Assembly (NCBI GenBank): GCA_019649675.1 | Contig: BOWN01000001.1 | Span: 354,868-418,867, forward strand | Source: Cryomorphaceae bacterium | Lineage (GTDB): Bacteria > Bacteroidota > Bacteroidia > Flavobacteriales > UBA7430 | Direction: 5' to 3' | DNA length: 64,000 bases | Shown: positions 1 through 10,383 of the stretch, piece by piece | How positions within the stretch are numbered: position 1 is the stretch's first letter | How the letters are laid out: every line of letters begins with the position of its first letter | Notes under the pieces: generated by a model | Seen by the model: only the letters and a program-made list of their open reading frames with translations | What the model was told of the DNA's origin: nothing | Database searches by the model: none | Position numbers and translations under genes: made by a program

Positions 1-1077
1 TCAACAGATGATTATCAAGAAACACTTCACTTCTTAAAATCTCAAAAAGGTGCCACCACTATAGAGCAAAGAAAAGCCTATGCATCTAAAGCTTTTAATA
101 TCTCATCACATTACGACACTGCGATCTTCAATTATTTTAATGATGGATTGACTCCTGTTTTAAAACAGAGTATCCAAGAGCACAAAACACTTCGCTATGG
201 AGAAAACCCACATCAAGAAGGTATATTCTTTGGAAAACTAGATGATATCTTTGAGCAATTAAATGGTAAAGAATTATCATATAACAACCTTCTTGACGTA
301 GACGCTGCCGTTCATTTAATGGCTGAATTCAAGGAAACAACATTTGCTGTTCTTAAACATAACAATGCTTGTGGTTTAGCCTCAAGAGAAAAACTGATTG
401 ATGCATGGAAAGACGCTTTGGCAGCAGATCCTGTATCAGCTTTTGGAGGAGTGTTGATAACTAATCGAAAAGTGGATATTGAAACTGCTGAAGAAATTCA
501 TAAATTGTTCTTCGAAGTGATTATCGCTCCAGCTTACGATAAGGCTGCTTTAGAGTTATTTAAAACAAAGAAAAATCGCGTCGTTCTTTTACAAAAAGAG
601 ATAGAGATGCCTACTAAAACCGTACGAACAATATTAAACGGCGTTTTAGAGCAAGACAAAGATGTAAAAAGTGATACAATTTCAGAAATGAGAGATGTTT
701 GCCAAGTCCGAGCCAGTGAAGAACAAAAAATAGATTTAGCTTTTGCTTCTAAACTTTGTAAAAATACGAAATCGAACACGATTGTTTTTGCTAAAAACAA
801 ACAATTAATCTCAAGTGGTGTAGGACAAACATCAAGAGTTGATGCTTTGAAACAAGCTGTAGTTAAAGCGAAAGCTTTTGGATTTGACTTGAATGGGGCT
901 GTGATGGCTTCAGATGCTTTCTTTCCTTTCCCAGATTGTGTAGAGTTAGCAAACAATGAAGGAATTAAAGCCGTTATTCAACCTGGAGGATCGATTAAAG
1001 ACCAATTATCAATTGATTATTGTAATGAACATAAAATGGCAATGGTTTTTACAGGAACAAGGCACTTCAAACACTAA
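1..1077 (+). CDS. purH: bifunctional AICAR transformylase / IMP cyclohydrolase PurH, 3' part (5' end outside window)
   Basis: Frame 1 is open from base 1 (STDDYQETLHFLKSQKG...) into the 148..1077 ORF. PurH-type C-terminal half: KHNNACG, ADPVSAFGG, MASDAFFPFPD, ending MVFTGTRHFKH. Confidence 0.93.
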   Translation, partial: STDDYQETLHFLKSQKGATTIEQRKAYASKAFNISSHYDTAIFNYFNDGLTPVLKQSIQEHKTLRYGENPHQEGIFFGKLDDIFEQLNGKELSYNNLLDVDAAVHLMAEFKETTFAVLKHNNACGLASREKLIDAWKDALAADPVSAFGGVLITNRKVDIETAEEIHKLFFEVIIAPAYDKAALELFKTKKNRVVLLQKEIEMPTKTVRTILNGVLEQDKDVKSDTISEMRDVCQVRASEEQKIDLAFASKLCKNTKSNTIVFAKNKQLISSGVGQTSRVDALKQAVVKAKAFGFDLNGAVMASDAFFPFPDCVELANNEGIKAVIQPGGSIKDQLSIDYCNEHKMAMVFTGTRHFKH

Positions 1078-1156
1078 AATTGAATATAATATTTTGAAAC
1101 GAATGTACACAAATGACTTCGTTATATATTTTACTAATACACAAAAATAAAAGCTC

Positions 1157-2182
1157 ATGGGATTGTTTGACTTCATGACACAAGATATTGCCATTGACTT
1201 GGGTACCGCAAATACACTCATCATACATAATGATAAAGTAGTTGTAGACCAACCATCGATTGTTGCTGTTGACCGAAAAACTGAAAAAGTTATTGCTGTT
1301 GGAAAAAGGGCACAACAGATGCATGGAAAGTCTCATGAAGGAATTAAAACAATACGTCCACTTAAAGACGGTGTAATAGCCGATTTCGGTGCTTCAGAAC
1401 AAATGATTCGCGAGTTGGTTAGAACCATCCCAAACCTGCATTATAAATTCTTTTCACCATCGCTTAGAATGGTTATTTGCATCCCTTCTGGAATTACGCA
1501 AGTAGAAGAACGTGCTGTAAAAGATTCCGCTGAACAAATTGGTGCTAAAGAAGTCTATTTAATTCACGAACCTATGGCAGCTGCTATTGGTATTGGTATA
1601 GATGTTCTTGAACCTAAAGGAAATATGATTATTGATATAGGTGGAGGAACTACTGAAATTGCAGTATTAGCTTTGGGAGGTATTGTATGTGATAAATCAA
1701 TTAAAGTTGCAGGAGATGTATTTACGAGCGATATTGTATATTATATGCGAACACAACATAATCTATATGTGGGTGATCGAACTGCAGAAAAAATTAAAAT
1801 TCACGTAGGTTCTGCTACAGAGGAACTAGATAATCCACCTGAAGATTACCCAGTACAAGGTCGAGATTTGATGACTGGTAAACCAAAACAAATTACTGTT
1901 TCAAGTGGCGAAATCGCAAAAGCTCTCAACAAGTCTATAATTCAAGTTGAAGATGCAGTTATGCAAGCACTCGCTATGACGCCTCCTGAACTTGCTGCAG
2001 ATATTTATAATACTGGTATTTACTTAGCTGGAGGAGGATCAATGCTTAGAGGTTTAGATAAACGAATTTCAAAGAAAACTGAGCTTCCTGTATACGTTGC
2101 AGAAGATCCACTTAGAGCTGTGGTAAGAGGAACAGGTATTGCTCTTAAAAATGTAGAATCATTTAGTTTCTTAATGAAATAG
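1157..2182 (+). CDS. mreB: rod shape-determining protein MreB (actin-like ATPase)
   Basis: 341 aa. N-terminus DIAIDLGTANTLI, then IDIGGGTTEIAV and GIYLAGGGSMLRGLDKRI. Followed by mreC/mreD/mrdA/rodA. Confidence 0.97.
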   Translation: MGLFDFMTQDIAIDLGTANTLIIHNDKVVVDQPSIVAVDRKTEKVIAVGKRAQQMHGKSHEGIKTIRPLKDGVIADFGASEQMIRELVRTIPNLHYKFFSPSLRMVICIPSGITQVEERAVKDSAEQIGAKEVYLIHEPMAAAIGIGIDVLEPKGNMIIDIGGGTTEIAVLALGGIVCDKSIKVAGDVFTSDIVYYMRTQHNLYVGDRTAEKIKIHVGSATEELDNPPEDYPVQGRDLMTGKPKQITVSSGEIAKALNKSIIQVEDAVMQALAMTPPELAADIYNTGIYLAGGGSMLRGLDKRISKKTELPVYVAEDPLRAVVRGTGIALKNVESFSFLMK

Positions 2183-2198
2183 AACATCCAAAACTCTC

Positions 2199-3002
2199 AT
2201 GCGCAACTTATTTGCATTTTTCTTTAGGTATCACGTTTTTTTCTTGTTTATACTTTTGGAAATAACCGCTATAGGAATGTTAATTCAAACTCATCATTAC
2301 CAATCTTCGCGTTTTGCAAGTTCATCAAATAGATGGTCAGGTAAAATATTAGAACAATTTAATAACATAACAGATTACTTTTCGCTGAAAAAAATAAATG
2401 ATTTACTTGCAGAAGAAAATGCACTCATTAGAAACAGAAGCCTCCAACTACCTCCTCTTGAGGAAAACATCTATAAAAATCAACATGAATATATTTCTGC
2501 CAAAATAATTAAGAACTCTTACAACAAAAGAAATAATTATTTAACCATCAACAAAGGATCAATGCATGGTATAGAAAATGGGATGGGGGTAATTACTGAA
2601 GATGGTGTAGTGGGAATTATTCGTGATGTAAGCCCAAACTATGCAACAGTAATGAGTCTGCTCAATAAAAATACTATTATTAGTGCCCGTTTTATTAAAT
2701 CAAATCATTTTGGAGAGCTCATTTGGGATGGAAAATCACATCAATTTGCGCAATTGAATTCAGTTGAAAAATATGTTCCTGTAAATATCGGAGACAGCTT
2801 GACCACGAATAGTTTTTCTAATATTTTTCCAGAAGGAATAGCACTTGGAACTGTAAATAGATTTGAAAGAGACGAAAATAAAAACTTTTATACCTCAATT
2901 GAAGTTGCACTAAGTGTAGACTTTAGCAACCTCAATTATATTTATGTCATAAAAGACAAACTAAAAGACGAAAGAATGAAACTTGAATCTAAAAATGAAT
3001 GA
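2199..3002 (+). CDS. mreC: rod shape-determining protein MreC
   Basis: 267 aa with an N-terminal TM helix and a size typical of MreC. Sits directly after mreB and overlaps the next gene. Confidence 0.85.
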   Translation: MRNLFAFFFRYHVFFLFILLEITAIGMLIQTHHYQSSRFASSSNRWSGKILEQFNNITDYFSLKKINDLLAEENALIRNRSLQLPPLEENIYKNQHEYISAKIIKNSYNKRNNYLTINKGSMHGIENGMGVITEDGVVGIIRDVSPNYATVMSLLNKNTIISARFIKSNHFGELIWDGKSHQFAQLNSVEKYVPVNIGDSLTTNSFSNIFPEGIALGTVNRFERDENKNFYTSIEVALSVDFSNLNYIYVIKDKLKDERMKLESKNE

Positions 3003-3504
3003 CATACTACAACATACAATACGTTTTTTTATACTGGCAAGCATTCAAATTTTAGTCTTAAACAATATTCAGATTAGTGGCTATATAAACCCGTTTGTAT
3101 ATATTTTATTTATCATATTACTCCCACCTAAAATGCCAAAAGCAATTGTATTAATCTTGGCATTTATTATGGGATTTACAATCGATGTCTTTTCTGACAG
3201 TTATGGCATTCATTCGTCTGCATCTGTTTTGTTAGCCTTTTTACGCCCAAGAGTATTAGCATTAGTTTCGGTTAAAGGAGGGGAAGACCTAGAATCAATT
3301 GGCATTAAACAACTTAGAATTAATAGGTTCTTCACATACTCAGGTATTCTGTGTTTAATTCACCACTTCACCCTATTCTACCTAGAAGCTTTTCGGTTGA
3401 ATGAATTTTTCGATACATTTTTACGTGCATTATACAGTAGTGTTATCAGTATATCAATGATGCTATTAATTGAATCACTCTTCTCTAATAAAAAAAGCAG
3501 ATGA
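2995..3504 (+). CDS. mreD: rod shape-determining protein MreD (polytopic membrane protein)
   Basis: Very hydrophobic ~170 aa ORF between mreC and mrdA. ATG at 2995 overlaps the mreC stop (ATGAATGA), and its stop overlaps the mrdA ATG (ATGA at 3501). The call rests mainly on position. Confidence 0.7.
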   Translation: MNDILQHTIRFFILASIQILVLNNIQISGYINPFVYILFIILLPPKMPKAIVLILAFIMGFTIDVFSDSYGIHSSASVLLAFLRPRVLALVSVKGGEDLESIGIKQLRINRFFTYSGILCLIHHFTLFYLEAFRLNEFFDTFLRALYSSVISISMMLLIESLFSNKKSR

Positions 3505-5333
3505 ATAGGAATAAATATAAGGATCGGAGACTTTTCTTTTATTTTTTATTTGGAGCAAGTATACTCATCCTATTACTGCGCTTAGTAAATATCCAAATCA
3601 TTGATAGTTCATATAAATTATCGGCAAACAATAATGTCATTAAAGCGGTAAAAATCTATCCTGAAAGAGGTTATATATACGATAGAAATGGTAGGCTTTT
3701 GGTCTCAAATCAAAGAGCATTCGACCTTATGGTTATTCCCCGACAGGTAAAAAAAATGGATACACTAGCCTTCTGTCGTATCATTGATGTAGAAAAAGAC
3801 TATTTCGATAATCAGTTGAAGAAAGCAAAGCGATATTCAAAAAATAGAGCTTCATTATTTATAAAGGAAGTTTCTAAACAAACCGCTGCTAGAATACAGG
3901 AACAACTTTACCAGTTTTCAGGTTTTTACTTACAGGAAAGAACCATGCGAGAATATCCAGAAAAATCTGCGGCTCACTTATTGGGTTACGTAAGTCAGGT
4001 GCCAGATTACATTCTCGAAAAAAACGATTACTATAAAAAAAATGACAACTATGGCATGACTGGAGTTGAAAATTCCTACGAAAAAGAACTTCGTGGGACT
4101 CGAGGGGTTAAATATGTTATTCGCGATGTTTGGAATTCACCAAAGGGCAGTTTTCAAAATGGGAAATATGATAGTATTGCTGTTAACGGCAAAGACTTAG
4201 AGCTAACTATAGATAATGAACTACAAAAATATGCAGAACAATTAATGCAAAATAAAAAAGGAAGTATTGTTGCAATTGAACCAGGTACTGGAGAAATTTT
4301 AGCTTTAGTAAGTAGCCCATATTACGATCCAAATTTATTGATTGGTAGATCTCGATCGCCAAATTTTAACCGCATGTATAAAGACTCAAACAAACCTCTA
4401 TTCGATCGGAGTTTACTAGCAGAATACCCTCCCGGCTCAACTTTTTAAACTACTCAATGCGCTTATTGGTTTACAAGAAGACGTTATCTATTCTGGAACA
4501 CGTTTTTCTTGTGATATGGGCTGGCGTTTTAGTCCAAAATTAAAAATTGGCTGCCACGCCCACGACTCTCCTCTAAACCTTACTGAATCAATTGCTCAAT
4601 CATGCAATGCATACTACTGCAAAACCTTTAGACGCATTATTGAAAAATATAATAACGCAGAAAAGGTTACGATAACTGGAGAAATCACATTTTAAGTTTT
4701 GGGTTGGGTAATTTCTTAAATAACGATTTATACACCGGAAGAAAAGGAAGGGTACCAAGTGTTGATTTTTACAACCGACAATATGGAAAAAAAAGATGGA
4801 AAGCACCAACTGTTATTTCACTTTCTATTGGTCAAGATGCTTTGGTGGTCTCCCCAATCCAAATGGCAAATATGTGTGCAGCCATTGCCAACCGTGGATA
4901 TTATTTCACACCTCATGTTGTTCGTAAAATAGGCGGCAAAGCACTCACCGACAGTTCTTACACAGTTGCAAAACATACATCAATTGAAGAAAAACATTTC
5001 AAGACCATTATTAAAGGGATGGAAAAAGTATACACAAGTAATCATGGTACAGCAAAAAATGCTCGAGTTAAAAATATAGAAATATGTGGCAAAACAGGTA
5101 CCGCAGAAAACCCACATGGTGAAGACCATTCTATTTTCATCGCATTTGCACCTAAGAGAAAACCTCAAATTGCTATTGCTGTATATGTTGAAAACGGAGG
5201 CTGGGGTTCAACTTGGGCAGCTCCAATTGCCAGCTTAATGATTGAACAATATTTAACTGGGCAAGTTAATAACACTGAAAGAGAAAACTTTATTCTAAGT
5301 GGAAATCTAATAGATACAGAGAATGAGAAATAA
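3501..5333 (+). pseudogene. mrdA: penicillin-binding protein 2 (MrdA transpeptidase), frame interrupted twice; probably sequence error
   Basis: ORFs 3501..4448 and 4704..5333 are in the same frame. The first ends inside the catalytic SxxK motif (PPGSTF-stop; T5 at 4442-4446 where T4 gives STFKLLNALIGL). The frame returns at A4 4661-4664 (A5 gives NAEKGYDNWRNHILSFGLG). KTGTAE motif in the distal part. 1833 nt = 611 codons. Confidence 0.9.
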
Positions 5334-6584
5334 TAAAAGTTTATTTGCAAATATTGACTGGACATTAGTTTGCATCTACTTATTAATGTTATTTTTTGGA
5401 TGGTTAAACATATATGCTGCAAATTATGGAGAAGGTATTCATGACCTAATGACAATGTCTTCAGAACCAGGTAAACAATTTTTCTGGATTGGATCCTCCT
5501 TTATATGGATCCTACTCATTATAATTCTCGACGGTAAATTTTATACTACTTTCTCTTACCCAATATACATCCTGACAATTTGCCTTTTGATAGGTGTACT
5601 ATTAGTTGGTAAAGAAATAGGTGGTGCCAAATCATGGTTCGATCTTGGAAGTTTTAGTATGCAACCATCAGAATTTGCAAAAATTGGAGCTTTATTAGCA
5701 CTTAGTAAGTTTTTAAGTCAGCTAAATGTAAATCTGCAAAAAAAGAAAACTCAAGTAAAGGCCTTTTCAATTATTGCGCTTCCAATCATTTTAATTCTGC
5801 TTCAACCAGATGCAGGCTCTGCAATCGTATTTATATCTCTTTTACTGGTATTATTTAGGGAAGGTATTTCTAACACTTATCTTATTGTTTCGTGTAGTGC
5901 AATAGTTTTATTTATTATTACATTAAAATTTGAGCCCCAAACTACAATGCTAATCGTGTTGGTGATATCAATTATTTTGGGATATCTTCTCAAAAAAAAT
6001 AGACAATCAATTAAGCCAGCTCTTATTGGCTTGGTCTTAGCTATAGGATTTACACAATCAGTAGATCATATTTACTCTGAAGTTCTACGTCCACACCAAA
6101 GAAGTAGAATTGATCTTATCTTGGGTAAAATTGAGGATATACGTGGCGTAGGATACAATCTTCACCAGTCTAAGATAGCAATTGGTTCTGGAGGTTTTTT
6201 GGGAAAAGGATTTTAGGTGGAACTCAAACTAAATTTAATTTCGTACCCGAACAAAGTACCGACTTCATCTTTTGTACCATAGGAGAGGAATGGGGTTTTA
6301 TAGGATCAGTAATAACTATTGGTATGTTTTCATTATTGTTGTTTCGGCTGATCGTATTAGCCGAAAGGCAGCGCTCTGTTTTCAGTAGAGTATTTGGATA
6401 TGGCGTTGCCTCCATCTTATTTTGTCATTTCTTCATTAACATCGCCATGACTGTTGGTATCGTACCTGTTATAGGAATCCCACTTCCATTCTTTAGTTAT
6501 GGCGGATCTTCTCTGTGGAGCTTTAGTATTTTACTCTTTATCTTTATAAAACTAGATGCTTACAGAATGGATATCCTTCGCTAA
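5323..6584 (+). pseudogene. rodA: peptidoglycan glycosyltransferase RodA (SEDS family), one frameshift; probably sequence error
   Basis: ORFs 5323..6216 and 6324..6584. Adding one T to the T4 run at 6211-6214 gives [36 protein letters not shown], the conserved SEDS motif. Distal part has PLPFFSYGGSS. Confidence 0.9.
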
Positions 6585-7783
6585 ATAAAGCTAAAAATGG
6601 CTTTTTCAAGGATAACGCCAAGCGTTTAAGTAAATGTCCTTTTCTTCCGGAAATAGAGCCTTTTTTATAACCATCAAACCAGAGTTTAGTGTAAACAAAT
6701 GCATATCCTGCACAGGTAATGTGATCAATTTGATTCCCAACCTTGCGAAGATATAACTGTTTACTCCCATTTTCCTTCATCATATTAAAAGCTGTAATAG
6801 AGTTTTCTTTTAGAACTCTTTTGTCTCGAACACAATAACAAAATTGTGTAGGCACATCTGTTTTCCAATCAATTAAATTATTTTCCTCCAATGCAAGTTT
6901 AAATTTGAAGTTTGGATTGTTTAAATATTGATCAACCAAATATGGTTGCACCACATCTACAGGTATTTCAGGTAAATAGTCATTAATCTGAAAAAGATCT
7001 AGTTCACCCTTATATATATTAGGGATAATAGTATCATAAGGTGCTATAAAAGACTAGATGAGTTATCATCTGTAATTTTATAAACCTCGTTATATGACAT
7101 TAACAAGTAAGGCAAATATGCCGGATCAGGATAAGGGAAAACATTACCGAAGACTGCGCTCCCGACATGTCATATGAACCAGACATGGGTGATGATGCCG
7201 TAATCTTAATTTCTGGGAAAGTCTCCTGAAGCTTTTTATGAGTTGCCAAACAGGCATGTCCTCCTTGAGAATATCCAGTAAGATAAAGCTGTTCACTTGT
7301 TTTTTGATTTAATTTTTGATTGAGCTGCTGAACAGCAAAATACATGTCGATAGCTGCATCAGCTTCTGAATTTGAATGCTGATAAAGATGTGATTTATCT
7401 CCTTTGCCTAAGCCGATGTAATCGGGCATAATAACCGCATAACCATCGACTGAAAATCCAGCACAAATAGCTTTTTCTCGACAAATATCGAAATTCCGTT
7501 CAATCATTATTTGTGTGCCATGATGATAAATAAGTTGTGGAATAGATGCTGTATTTGTTACAGGTAAAAAATACAATCCCGAAGCATTTATTTTAGTCCC
7601 ATCGTGCCACTTTGTTGAGTAAATTACTTCATATAAATCAATAGGATTTGAAATATTAACTATAAACTTAGGCATCCCGTTTGTTTTCCATGCTTTTTTT
7701 AAATCGGATTTATTTAGACTAGAAACTTTAGTATATGAAATAAGTTCTTGAGAGTAAGATGCCGAAATACTTAAAAACAACAA
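6544..7783 (-). pseudogene. secreted alpha/beta hydrolase (secretory-lipase-like), fragmented by at least 2-3 frameshifts
   Basis: ORF 7100..7783 carries the nucleophile elbow GYSQGGHA. Reading across 6955-7150 in the other frames gives ...PDPAYLPYLLMSYNEVYKITDD...APYDTIIPNIYKGELDLFQINDYLPEIPVDV, joining to ORF 6544..6954. The true stop may be at 6581 after another shift. The N-terminus is hydrophobic. Confidence 0.6.
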
Positions 7784-7937
7784 AAGTGTGCCAAAGAAAT
7801 TTTTATGAATGCAAAAAATTAAATATTTAATTACACTACAATATGCAACTTATACCACAAACATTCAAATTTTGAGACAAATAGATCAAAAAAAAATGTC
7901 TTGATCAGATAAGTGCTGCGTTCATAAAATTGCAGAT

Positions 7938-9761
7938 CTAAAGCACTATAGCATCGAGAGTTTGTATAGTAACCGTATGGTAATTATCTCGAGCTTTTTT
8001 ATAAATTCTCTTAGCTTTTTCTGGATCTTTTTTATACAAAGCTTCGTATAGAGGTTTTAAAAACTTTCTTCTTCCAACTGTCAATAAAAAACCTTCTAAA
8101 TCTTTATCGGCTTGCATGTAACCAGAAGGAATTGTAAGTTGAAACCAAGCATTTAATACTTCAGAATTTCCACTTGAAGTAAATCCAAAAGCCTGATCAA
8201 GTTTCTGTAAATCATTTCGATCTAAATCTTTAGGTAAATGCCTCAAAAAATGGAGCCACTCATGCGACGACCACCCTTGGGTTTTAATATTTTCTAGTGG
8301 GTAACCTTTTAAAAAGGATTTAATGGCTCCCTCTACTGCATCAAATTTGATGGAATTTACTTTAGGGCAATTATCGGGAATTCCTGAGCTATAAATCCAC
8401 TCTTCAAGACGAATTTTCTCCTTTAATTTCGGTTGACTATTCAATAAATTATTATTAATGTAAGTCACAAAAGCCTCAGTGTCGATAACTTTAAAAGCAT
8501 GAGTGGTAAAATATTTTTTTAGAAAAAAGTCAAACTGTTTCCTGCCAACTGTTTCTTCAATCAATCTAAGTAAAAAGAAGCCTTTTTCATAAGCAATATC
8601 TGTAAAGCCATCATCAGGGTCACGACCTGATAGATCTAATTTAAGGTGGGTGTCTTTATGAGAATGACCTAGTGCTGAAACTTCATGCTCAAGGTCTTGC
8701 TTCCCTAATAAAGAAAGCATATCAGCATATTCCCTACCCTCTAATTTCTCCATAATGCGGCGTTCAAAATAAACCGTAAAGCCCTCATTAAGCCAAAAGT
8801 CATCCCAGGTTTTATTGGTCACTAAATTACCCGACCATGAATGTGCTAACTCGTGTGCTACAAGAGAGGTAAGTGAACGGTCACCGGCTAAAATGGTTGG
8901 AGTAACAAAGGTTAACCTTGGGTTTTCCATTCCTCCGAATGGAAAACTAGGAGGCAGGACCAACATATCATAACGGTCCCAAGCATACTTACCATACATC
9001 ATCTCCGCAATCTCCAACATCTTTTGAGTTTCACTAAACTCATAACTTGCTTTTTTAATAACACTAGGTTCTGCATATACTCCGGTTTGTTCACCTAAAG
9101 ATTCAAAAACTAAATCTCCCACACCTAGAGCCATTAAGTATGCAGGAACAGCCTGATTCATTTTGAATTTATACTCACCATCTGTTATTTTTTCTGTTGG
9201 ATTTTCAGCACTCATTATTGCTAACAAATCTTTTGGCACTTTTACTTTAGCTGTATAGCTAAAGCGAACACCTGGAGAATCTTGACAGGGCAACCAAGTT
9301 CTAGCAAGAATAGCCTGAGATTGAGTAAATAAAAATGGGTACTTCTTTCCAGCAGTTTGTTTTGGATTAAGCCATTGTAATGCTTTGGCTTCAGCACCCG
9401 TTTTATAGAAAATTGAAACGGCTTTCGTGTCTTCGTCAACATCTATAATTAAGGGCTGACCTAAAATAGAATCTTGATATCCTAATTGAAAGGAACTCAC
9501 TTTATTATCTATAGTAACCTTGTCTATTTCAAGACCATTTACATCTAAAACAAGTTGATTGTGACCAGTTAAATTTTTAATCTCATAACGGGCTTTTCCG
9601 GAGATAATTTCTTTCTCAAAATCAACTTCCACATCTAAATCCAAATGAGTTGTTACCACATGGTGTGGTTCTGAAAAGCTATGCAAATCAACTCGCAGAT
9701 CTTCTTTTGAATTACATGCTGATATAAAAAGCGTAAAAAGTATAGTTATTATCTTGTTCAT
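7938..9761 (-). CDS. M1-family zinc aminopeptidase (leukotriene A4 hydrolase-like), lipoprotein
   Basis: 607 aa, intact. Gluzincin motif HELAHSWSGNLVT...WLNEGFTVYFE preceded by GGMENP. Signal peptide with Cys (LFISAC). Confidence 0.9.
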   Translation of the reverse strand: MNKIITILFTLFISACNSKEDLRVDLHSFSEPHHVVTTHLDLDVEVDFEKEIISGKARYEIKNLTGHNQLVLDVNGLEIDKVTIDNKVSSFQLGYQDSILGQPLIIDVDEDTKAVSIFYKTGAEAKALQWLNPKQTAGKKYPFLFTQSQAILARTWLPCQDSPGVRFSYTAKVKVPKDLLAIMSAENPTEKITDGEYKFKMNQAVPAYLMALGVGDLVFESLGEQTGVYAEPSVIKKASYEFSETQKMLEIAEMMYGKYAWDRYDMLVLPPSFPFGGMENPRLTFVTPTILAGDRSLTSLVAHELAHSWSGNLVTNKTWDDFWLNEGFTVYFERRIMEKLEGREYADMLSLLGKQDLEHEVSALGHSHKDTHLKLDLSGRDPDDGFTDIAYEKGFFLLRLIEETVGRKQFDFFLKKYFTTHAFKVIDTEAFVTYINNNLLNSQPKLKEKIRLEEWIYSSGIPDNCPKVNSIKFDAVEGAIKSFLKGYPLENIKTQGWSSHEWLHFLRHLPKDLDRNDLQKLDQAFGFTSSGNSEVLNAWFQLTIPSGYMQADKDLEGFLLTVGRRKFLKPLYEALYKKDPEKAKRIYKKARDNYHTVTIQTLDAIVL

Positions 9762-9798
9762 GGGTCTTATTTACTGAAGACTAAAGTAGTAAATACTT

Positions 9799-10380
9799 TT
9801 ATTTTAAATAATCTGTGAGCTCATCATATCTAAAACAATCTATCGTATGGTCATTTACCATACCAGTTGCCTGCATGTATGCATATACTATGGTGGGACC
9901 AACGAATTTGAAACCTCGTTTTTTTAAATCCTTACTGAGTATGTCTGAAATCTCTGTTGTGGCAGGAAGCTCTTTCGTTGTTGCCCAATGGTTTTGAATT
10001 GGAGTACCGTCTACAAAAGACCATATATATTTATCAAATGAACCAAATTCTTTTTGTACTTCCATGAAGGCTTTCGCATTAGATACTGCCGCCCTAACTT
10101 TTAATTTATTTCTTACAATACCAGTATCTTGAAGTAATTCTTGAATTTTAAACTCATCAAATAAGGCTATATTATTATAGTCAAAATGATCAAATGCATT
10201 CCGAAAGTTCTCTCTTTTACGAAAAATAGTGATCCAGCTTAATCCAGCTTGAAAGGTTTCTAAAAGCAAGCATTCAAATAATTTTTGATCGTCATGAACT
10301 GGAACGCCCCACTCCGTATCGTGATATTTGATATACGAGGGGTCTTTTTCACACCATTTGCATCGACAAGGTGTACTCAT
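9799..10380 (-). CDS. tag: DNA-3-methyladenine glycosylase I
   Basis: 193 aa. N-terminus RCKWCEKDPSYIKYHDTEWGVP and FQAGLSW are typical Tag sequences. Confidence 0.9.
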   Translation of the reverse strand: MSTPCRCKWCEKDPSYIKYHDTEWGVPVHDDQKLFECLLLETFQAGLSWITIFRKRENFRNAFDHFDYNNIALFDEFKIQELLQDTGIVRNKLKVRAAVSNAKAFMEVQKEFGSFDKYIWSFVDGTPIQNHWATTKELPATTEISDILSKDLKKRGFKFVGPTIVYAYMQATGMVNDHTIDCFRYDELTDYLK

Positions 10381-10383
10381 TGT

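Noticed and set aside
9768-9795. 8-bp hairpin (TATTTACT…AGTAAATA) between tag and the M1 aminopeptidase gene, considered as a terminator
   Set aside because: Both neighbouring genes are on the minus strand, and on that strand the hairpin is not followed by a U-tract. It is AT-only and weak.
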